Source of the DNA: Octopus vulgaris
Taxonomy: Eukaryota
Reading direction: 5' to 3'
Assembly: GCA_951406725.2 (NCBI GenBank)
Contig: OX597831.1
Span: 50,778,001-50,842,000 of the forward strand
DNA: 64,000 nucleotides
The notes below the pieces were generated by a model. That model was not told where the DNA came from. It searched no databases and was given only the letters and a program-made list of their open reading frames with translations. Below are positions 55,696-64,000 of the stretch, in pieces. Position numbers and translations under genes: made by a program. How positions within the stretch are numbered: position 1 is the first letter of the stretch; every line of letters starts with the position of its first letter.

Positions 55696-57089
55696 AAAAT
55701 GATGGGAGATGAATATAAAACCGCATACTGAGACACTAGAGTTGATATAGTTTTGGAACAGAAAGGACTGTATGCACAGCTACCGATCCAAGTGATGAGT
55801 CTTAACAGGAGGTTTGCATGGAAGACTCAGTCGAAACTTTTGCTGATGTCAGGGCAAAATAATTATTTTCATAAAATTTTCTTAAGGAGAGAGCACACTT
55901 GTGGGGAACATAAAGGATATCCGGAGGATCTCACTTCACAGAAACCGTAGTGGTGATGAATGAGGAGAAAGAGCATTCAAGGTGTCGGAGAACGTTCTTG
56001 TTAATATTTGTTACCGTATCTTAAGATACTAGAAATGAATGTGGTAAGATGATATTGAGCAAGATCGTGTGGTTGGATTACTCTTCTTTGGTGTGACTGT
56101 GCTATAACGTGTTTCCAAAGATAGAATATATCCCTCTAGAATGAAAGATTGAACAAATTGGGGTGCACATGAGCTATGTTTGAGGGTAATGCGAGGGACA
56201 TTGCTAGGACCGGTAAACTTGTCAGTTTGAAATGACTGCAGGTCACTTTTACACTGGATGTTTTTAAAGATAGTTGAGCCCGGTTGAATGGGAAAGGATG
56301 CGCTTGCATGAGGTTTGCAAAGTGTGTGCAGTGTGGAATTGGATGTAAATCTGGCAGTGATGCTAGAGGTATTTCTGTGTGGGTACTTCTTACAGAACGA
56401 TCATTGTTGAAGAGTGGAGGAAAAAAGGTTTTTACCGAAAACTAGATATGAATGCTTACAATAGAGCAGAATACGCTAAATACAACCAAGGGCCAGGGTG
56501 TTGTAGTAAGCTAGATGGCGTTCTGTGCATACTAACCAAAAGAAAGGGGGAAATGGCTATCTTCTACACAATACATAATGTGACTGCTTTAAGAGAATGA
56601 GAACCTAATAAACAATATGTATGTAGGTCCCTTGTTTGATCCGTTGCTTCTTACATCCTTGTTTATACATACTTTTTACAATAGCGTTTCATTCATTCTG
56701 AAAAACGTTGTTGAAATTTTCTTGATGAAAACCTTTCAGAGAAAAGGAGAAACGAAAAAGTGAAAAAGAAAAAAACAGTGAGTGATAAAGAGAACGATAC
56801 AAAGACTGACGCTACATATATACATGACAAGGTTATAAGAGACTGACGCTACATGTACAAATGACAAGGCTATAAGTAAAACTTGGCGTATGTCTCACTT
56901 CTGCTGACAGTATTTTCTTTGTTTTTCCAGGATTTAGCGAGCATCTGCGGATAACACTGCAACGTCATTGCATGTAAAGATTTGTTTATTTCTTGTTCTC
57001 CGTGGAATTAAGCTTTTATTTGACTACCCTTCTCTTTAAAAATACATATCAGTGGAGTTGGTAATACTGGTTTATTGAGGCAAACATAA

Positions 57090-58690
57090 AAATAGTTGTT
57101 CTAGTCTAATTTTGGGATGCTGATTTCAGATACAAAACCAGTTTTCACTCATCACCTCTAGTTTTTGAGATATACATTATTATGATTTTGTGACAATTCA
57201 CATAACCATATATATGATCAATTTTTATTTTGTTTTCCAGATGTTTGTGATACATATGATACATATCTCTAGAATGGCTTCAGGCACTTCAAAATACTTA
57301 GGATACATCATCATGGCAAATTCATTCTGCTACGTATGTGAGGATTTCACAACAGTTGCACCGCGCCGAACAATTACTTCCTCCTGAAAACTGCTTGTTT
57401 TCATTATTTTGACTGTAAATTTGGAGATCAGGACAAATCCTGGTCCCTGCCTCAATTGACTATCTGCATGGTTTAATGGCAAGAAAGTAGCCTTCAACTT
57501 TGCTGTCCCGATGGTCTGGAGAGAGCCACGAAGCCATGCAGATGATTGTTATTTTTGTCTAACAAATATAACAGCTTTCAATGTTTCTTCTAGAAAAAAA
57601 GATCAAATATCCCAAACTTCCCTCAGCTATGAGTCCTGTTTCCCACTCAGATTATCTCCCTGTCCCTACACTCCCAGAAAATAAGCATCTTCTTCCTTTA
57701 TCAGATGAAGAGACGCCTTCATGGGAATATTCTGCCAAGTCGATCTCTTCTGAAAAAAAATGTCTCTGTTTATTCAGTAGCAAGTGGAAACGAGCCCCAC
57801 TGGATTACGCAGGAAGACCTGAATGACCTTGCCCGTAATTTATATCTATCTAAACAGCGGCTTAAGCAATGGAACTTGGTCAAGGCAGATGTAAGGATCA
57901 CCAGTTTCAGGACACGAAGCCATGACTTTGCTTCATTTTTCCACATAGAAAACAGGTTGTGCTACTGCACAAATATCTCTGGCCTGTTCACCTTCACTAA
58001 GTACTGTTGCTTTCTCTGTCTCTGGAACAGTCGGGCTGTGTCCAAGCACTAGAAGCATAAGGACTGGGAATCTAGGTCTAATTTTGTACCTAGTGAATAC
58101 AGTGTCCAAGAAAATCCTCTGATGGACATGAACAAGGTGCGTCTTCCTCCTCTTCATATCAAGCTTGGTTTAAGGAAGAATTTCGTGAAGGCCACGGACA
58201 AAATGGCGCTACCGGCCAACACTCATGCACTCTATTCGCAGCTCTGAATTCTGCTAAGCTCAAGTAGGGCATTTTCGTTGGACCTCAGATCCGAGAGGTG
58301 CTGAAGGATAAGGACTTTGAGGAGCTTCTTACCTGAGAGCATGGGAAGCATTTAAGTCAGTCTGCCATAGCTTTCTTGGTAATACAAAGGTACAAGATTA
58401 CGAAAAGCGTATCGAGAAGTTGTTACGGTATTACGAGGACATGGGATGCTGAATGACACTCAAAATTCACTTTCTCCACTCCCATTTCAAATTCTTCCCT
58501 TCGGAGCTCGGAGTAGTGAGTAAAGAGCATGGAGGAAGGTTCCACCAATATATTACAAAGATGGAGAGCAACTACCAAGGCAAATGGAACCCTAGCATGA
58601 CGGGGGAGTTTTGTTGGATGCTCTTGTGTAACAACTTGTTCACATCCTTGTTTCAGAGCAAAAATATTTTTAAACCAGTGTAACCAGAAT
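57090..58690 (+). mobile_element. Chapaev3-like (CMC superfamily) transposase pseudogene
   Basis: FCYVCE..., GDQDKSW, PMVWREPRSHADDCYFC, IKYPKLPSAMSPVSHS, LNDLARNLYLSK, TKYCCFLCLWNSRA, LPPLHIKLGL, GIFVGPQIR, MTLKIHFLHSH..FFP..LGVVSKEHGGRFHQ. Multiple frameshifts. Confidence 0.8.
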
Positions 58691-58745
58691 CAAGTAGTGC
58701 GACACGGGGCTAAAGCAATTGTTGGTAAACATCTCGAAAAAATGC

Positions 58746-59012
<267 letters not shown>

Positions 59013-59451
59013 AAAACCGTGGGGAAAACTAGTTGAAGAGTTGACTATTTTGTCGTCTATTATTCCTTCTAATTGCCCTATTATCATTTTAACGAATGCC
59101 TTTGCGGAGAAGATATTGCTGGAGTTTTCAGCGATCACAAATTTTGCATTATTTCAATTTCTTTTTTCTCATTTACTTACATCATTTTCTTGCGAGTGAA
59201 ATATGTAATTAATTAGACGGTTGTTTAATTTTAACCATTTTGTTTTTTTTTTTTTTTATTTATTTGATATTCTGATCTGCGAGTTAGTTTGTAATTTTAG
59301 GTACCAAGGATGAAGCAATTATTTTACGAGTAACTTAGGAAGTACACTTTTGCCATGATGGGTAATTTGATAAAAGTTCAATTATAGTTATTGCTTGCTA
59401 TATTTTCAGATATTACCCATGGCGGCAAGTGTGTTAATATTACTATATTCA

Positions 59452-60222
59452 GGCGGCGAGCTGGCAGAAACGTTAGCAGGCCGAGCGAAATGCTTAGCGG
59501 TATTTCGTCTGTCTTTCGTTCTGAGTTCAAATTCTGCCGAGGTCGACTTTCCCTTTCATACTTTCGGGGTCGATTAAATAAGTACCAGTTACGCACTGGG
59601 GTCGATATAATCGACTTAATCCCTTTGTCTGTCCTTGTTTATCCTCTCTGTGTTTAGCCCCCTTGTGGGTAGTAATGAAATAGGTATTTCGTCTGCCGTT
59701 ACGTTCTGAGTTCAAATTCCGCCGAGATCGACTTTCCCTTTCATCCTTTCTCAGTCGATTAAATAAGTACCAGTTACGCACTGCGGTCGATATAATCGAC
59801 TTAATCCCTTTGACTGTCCTTGTTTATCCTCTCTGTGTTTAGCCCCCTTGTGGGTAGTAAAGAAATAGGTATTCGTCTGCCGTTACGTTCTGAGTTCAAA
59901 TTCCGCCGAGATCGACTTTGCCTTTTATCCTTTCGGGGTCGATTAAATAAGTACCAGTTACGCACTGGGGTCGATATAATTGACTTAATCCCGTTGGCTG
60001 TCCTCGTTTGTCCTCTCTGTGTTTAGCCCCTTGTGGGTAGTAAAGAAATAGGTATTTCGTCAGTCTTTACGCTCTGAGTTCAAATACCACCACGGTCGGC
60101 TTTGCCTTTCATCCTTTCTGGGCCGATAAATTAAGTACCAGTTGCGTGCTGGAGACGATCTAATCGACTGGCCCCCACCCCAAAACTTTCGGGCCTTGTG
60201 CCTAGAATAGAAAAGAATATTA
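59452..60222 (+). repeat. SINE family C-derived tandem array, ~184-bp period
   Basis: One head (59452-59498), then units starting ggtatt(t)cgtc at 59499, 59683, 59868 and 60051. Units 1-3 carry tail type 1 and unit 4 carries tail type 2. Confidence 0.9.
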
Positions 60223-60235
60223 CTGTATTCAATCT

Positions 60236-60353
60236 TTTTCGCCCACATTTCATTGAAAGCACTGGTTCGTGTCTGATCACCGAAGTGAAGCAACGTCAAG
60301 CCTAGTTAGTACTTAGATGGGTGACCGCTTGAAAAACCTAAGTGCTGTAAATA
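60236..60353 (+). pseudogene. 5S rRNA pseudogene (or 5S-derived SINE head)
   Basis: ttgaaagcactggttcgtgtctgatcaccgaagtgaagcaacgtcaagcctagttagtacttagatgggtgaccgc...gtgctgta follows the metazoan 5S rRNA sequence, including box A and box C with substitutions. Followed by a T-run. Confidence 0.85.
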
Positions 60354-60372
60354 TCTTTTATTCCTTTTTAAG

Positions 60373-60955
60373 ACGGTGGGATGGCAGAATCGTTAGCACG
60401 CCGGACAAAATGACTAGCGGCATTTCGTCTGCTCTTAAGTTCGGAATCCAAATTCCACCAAGGTCGACTTTGCTTTTCATCCTTTCGGTGTCGATAAAAT
60501 AAGTACCAGTTGAACACTGGGTTCGATTTAATAGATTTACCCCCTCCCCTGACATTGCTGGCCTTGTACCAAAACTTGAAATTAATATTATTACATTCAA
60601 TAAAAGGCGGCGCACTGGCAAAATCGTTAGCACGTCTTTATGTTCTGAGTTCAAATTCCGCCAAAGTCGACTTTGCCTTTCATACTTTTGGAGTCGATAA
60701 ATTAAGTACCAGTGAAATACTGGGGTCAATGTAACCGACTAGTACCCCCCCACACACACACACACACAAAATTTCAGGCTTTGCGCCTTTAGTAGAAAGG
60801 ATTATTACATTCAATAAATTTCGCCGAGGTCAACTTTGCCTTTCATCCTTTCGGGGTTGATAAAGTAAGTACCAGTTGAGCACTGGGGTAGTTGTAATAG
60901 ACTCACCCCTCCTCCAAACTTACTGGCATTGTGCCAAAATTTGAAACCAATATTA
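60373..60955 (+). mobile_element. Three further SINE family C copies, head-to-tail
   Basis: Repeated ggcagaatcgttagc / gtcgactttgcctttcat / aagtaccagt motifs. Confidence 0.8.
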
Positions 60956-61149
60956 TTATATTCGGTTGCCATATAAATTCGTTTGTTTCTTTCTAATGTT
61001 ATTTGAATCAAAAGAAAAGTGTTTTTATTGTAGTGTTTCGTGGTCTATGTAGTTCTATTCTTTGTTTACGATTTTTGTTTATCGATTTTGAAGACTAAAT
61101 AAATTTTACCTCTTAGATATATGACGATGAAGAGTGCCAAGTAATAAAT

Positions 61150-61340
61150 TTTTCAACAATAGCATTTTTTTACACCTGCTTCTGTACGCTTTCAATCAAA
61201 GTTCCAAAGCTGCCAAAACCGTTGGAGATGTTTGTGCTGTACGTGGGGAAGGCGCTGTTGGTGAAAAAAAACTACACCGAACTAGTTTTCACGTTTTCAA
61301 TGAGAGAAAATTCAACTTCCCAGACTTGGTGCGTTCTGGA
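61150..61340 (+). pseudogene. mariner transposase N-terminal fragment (family of 2203-3451)
   Basis: FLHLLLYAFNQSSKAAKTVGDVCAVRGEGA aligns with HFRHLLLFAFNQSSKAAKAARDIYDVYVEGA. Confidence 0.75.
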
Positions 61341-61439
61341 AAAGTTTGTCGAAAGTTAGTCTTCCTGAATAAATTACATGGGTAATTAGTAGCACTGCAT
61401 AAAGGAATGATAGCAACAGTGATGTAGATATCAATGTTC

Positions 61440-62830
61440 AGAGGATTTTTTGTTGCCACTGGAACGAATCAGGACTGTGTTTTAGCCCCTGTACTTTTGA
61501 CCATATTATTTTCAATGATGCTCCAATATGTTTTCAGTGATTACCATGAAGGTATAAAATTCTAGCTTCGCACAGAAGGAGATCTACTAAACCTGAAAGG
61601 ACAAAGTTTCAAATCAAAGAAAAGGACCAAGGAAGAGACAGCCCACGTGACTCTCTGTTTACTGACGATTCCGCTTTGATTTCTCATACATTTGAGGGAA
61701 TCTAGGAAATAGTCCACAGCTTCGCTGCGGCAATACATACGTTCGGTCTATCAGCATCAAGGAGACTAAAGTTTTATTCGAACCAAAACTTGGTGCAGAA
61801 CATAGTAAAGATTCAAACGTGATGATAGATAAACTGCTCATCTAAATATCTTGGAAGTACAGTAGACTTTAAGAGTACTCTTAATGACGAATATTGATTA
61901 GAGTACTAATATTGATTAGAGTACTCTTGGTGATGAAACCAACATCTAAGGTTACAAGTGCTTTTGGAAAACTTTCCCATTGTCTGTGAGATGAACTCGG
62001 TGTCAGTCTGAAAACGAAAATAAGTGTATATAAATCTTGGTGGAGGCGCAATGGCCCAGTTGTCAGGGCAGCGAATTCGCGGTCGGAGGATCGCGGTTTC
62101 GATTCCCGGACCGGGTGTTGTGTGTGCTTATTGAGCGAAAACACCTAAAGCTCCACGAGTCTCCGGCAGGGGGTGGTGGCGACCCCTATTGTACTCTTTC
62201 GCCTCAACTTTCTCTCACTCTTTCTTCCTTTTTCTTGAGTAACGTTGCGATGGACTGGCGTCCCGTCCCGCTGGGAGGAACACATATGCCATAGAAACCT
62301 GGAAACCGGGCCCATGAGCCTCGTAAGGTTTGAAAAGGGCGCGTAAATAAAAAAATAATATAAATCTTGTATTTTGAGCACACTTTTGTATAGGAAGGAG
62401 GCATGGACTCCCTACTACAGACATATAAAGGAACTTGAAACCTTTCGTATGTGCTTTCTGCACAATATCTGTTATATAAAATGGCAACATAAGATATCAA
62501 ATGTCAAAATCTTAGAAAAATGTGATATCTCCAGTATCAAAACCATGCGGCTGAGAATTCAATGCAGATGTTCTTCGAATGGAAAATGACCGCATTCAAA
62601 AAATTTTTTTTGTATAGACAATACGTGGAGGGATATCGCAGTAAAGGAAGACCTGTCCTTAATTATAAGGATAAGTTGAAGTAATCACTAAAATCTCTAC
62701 ACCTTAACTTGACGTCTTGGTGACGTAAAATGTGTCATGATGCATGCAAACAATTTAAGTTGAAGAAAAAGTCCAATGAAAGAATTCTATCCAACAATCA
62801 GCAAGCATATTTGCCCACTCGCAGGCAAAA
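61440..62830 (+). mobile_element. RTE-clade LINE RT fragment interrupted by a SINE
   Basis: TGTNQDCVLAP, LFTDDSAL, KYLGST, LYRKEAWT, LHNICYIKWQHKISNVKILEK. Homologous to 25265-25810. Confidence 0.8.
62040..62357 (+). mobile_element. tRNA-derived SINE (family B head plus Meta/V-like body)
   Basis: Head nearly identical to 26007. Body gcgatggactggcgtcccgtcc...gaaaccgggcccatgagcc. Exact 12-bp TSD atataaatcttg (62028-62039 and 62358-62369). Confidence 0.9.
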
Positions 62831-63215
62831 TCAAAACCATCAGTGATCCCACTACGACTTCATAGCAAAATCTGTACCTGGATTCAAATTACATTCACAC
62901 ATCCATCGCAAATAGTTGCAACATATTTTGTTTCTTTTCTTTATAAATGTTGAATTCTCTTTTTTCCACCTCTTTTAATCCTTAAATCTTCTCCCTCAAA
63001 CACTCATACATCGAAATCAAAGGAAGCAACCATCATCATATATACAAAACTTTTATCTTTGCCAAGCGTGGCTATGTGGTAAGAAGCTTGTTTCCCCACA
63101 TGATTCCGGATTCAGTCCCTCTGCGTGGCATCGTAGGCTAGAGTCTTCTACTATAGGCTCGGGCCGCCGACCAAAGACAAGTGAGTCGACTTGGCAGACG
63201 GAGCATGAGAGAAGC

Positions 63216-63252
<37 letters not shown>

Positions 63253-63260
<8 letters not shown>

Positions 63261-63310
63261 AATATGTTACATTACTCGGTAGTCAAGATAATGTAACATA
63301 TTATTGTATA
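63253..63310. repeat. Perfect 22-bp-arm hairpin beside (TA)n, followed by pLTR-like sequence
   Basis: tatacaataatatgttacatta / taatgtaacatattattgtata. 63315-63385 resembles 7795-7860. Confidence 0.85.
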
Positions 63311-63552
63311 GATAAATTTCCTCTATTTACATAATATTGAGGTATCTTTCTTTCTTTTGTTATCTTACCGTTTTATCAATATATATATATATATGGACTA
63401 CCGCTACTATACCACCTCATAGCATACCAACTGCTTGTAGAGCTGATATTTGTTTCCGTACGTGAATGCGTACGCATGTGTGTGTGCGCTCGCGTGACTT
63501 GGTTTCCAAACCAAACTCCAAGCCCAATATTTCATTATTTCTCATAATCTTT

Positions 63553-63730
63553 AAGGCAGCGAGCTTACAGAATCGTTAGCATCATTTCGTCTGTCTTTGC
63601 GTTCTGAGTTCAAATGCCGCCGCGGTCAATTTTGTCTTCCATCCTTTCGAGGTCGATAAAATAAGTACCGATTGAGCACTTACCCCTCCCCCTAAATTTC
63701 AGGCCTTGTGCTTATAGTAGAAACGATTGT
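63553..63730 (+). mobile_element. SINE family C copy
   Basis: aggcagcgagcttacagaatcgttagc...gttctgagttcaaat...aaatttcaggccttgtgc. Confidence 0.75.
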
Positions 63731-64000
63731 TTCTTATACTCTCAAAATGTAGGAAAATTAAGAACAAATCGAAAGGAGTACATAGTTGTTTCAAAATTTG
63801 GTATTTATTCTAACCTCTACTTTAGCCGAACCGTTAAGTTGCCCAGATGTAAACAACTCAACTCCGTTTTAAGTAGTGTGGAGTAAGGAAACACAGGCAC
63901 ACGCGCATATACACAGACACACACACATACACATATATATATATATAACCAGCCGAAATTGCGAGGATGGTCCGGTTCTTGAGTGAAGATTAGAGGCTTC

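Noticed and set aside
56050-56600. Possible minus-strand LINE relic (TGPSNVPRITLKH resembling GPDxIPxxxLK); a similar weak signal lies at 28480-28870
   Set aside because: Only a single degenerate motif, too weak to call without a profile search.
59499-60222. CRISPR-like appearance of the regular array (also the TACA/spacer block at 53572-54390)
   Set aside because: The units are whole SINE bodies or microsatellites without unique equal-length spacers. The context is eukaryotic and no cas genes are present.

Overview
AT-rich, microsatellite-dense animal DNA. The SINE complement and repeat landscape are most consistent with an octopus/cephalopod genome (inference from recognised repeat families, not from a search). 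I find no intact host protein-coding gene, and most ORF-track entries are translations of (TA)n/(CA)n/(TACA)n/(GATA)n/triplet microsatellites. The window is mostly decayed transposable elements: Tc1 and mariner elements (one with both TIRs), a hAT/Charlie-like transposase and hAT MITEs, a Chapaev3-like transposase, Helitron RepHel and HINE/DINE-1-like rolling-circle elements, a Mag-type Ty3/gypsy gag-protease plus LTR, CR1-, RTE- and Tx1/L1-type LINE fragments, a Penelope-like element, several tRNA-derived SINE families and a 5S rRNA pseudogene. The most notable signals are: (1) several minimal hammerhead-ribozyme-like motifs, two of them inside foldback (inverted-repeat) elements, plus further foldbacks mostly embedded in (TA)n; (2) a retroposon 3' end found twice inside (GATA)n tracts, whose tail is shared with a SINE; (3) a ~184-bp SINE-derived tandem array that looks like repeated insertion into the same site of its own family; (4) SINE domain swapping and a SINE-LINE tail pair visible within the window. 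Coordinates of decayed elements are approximate.
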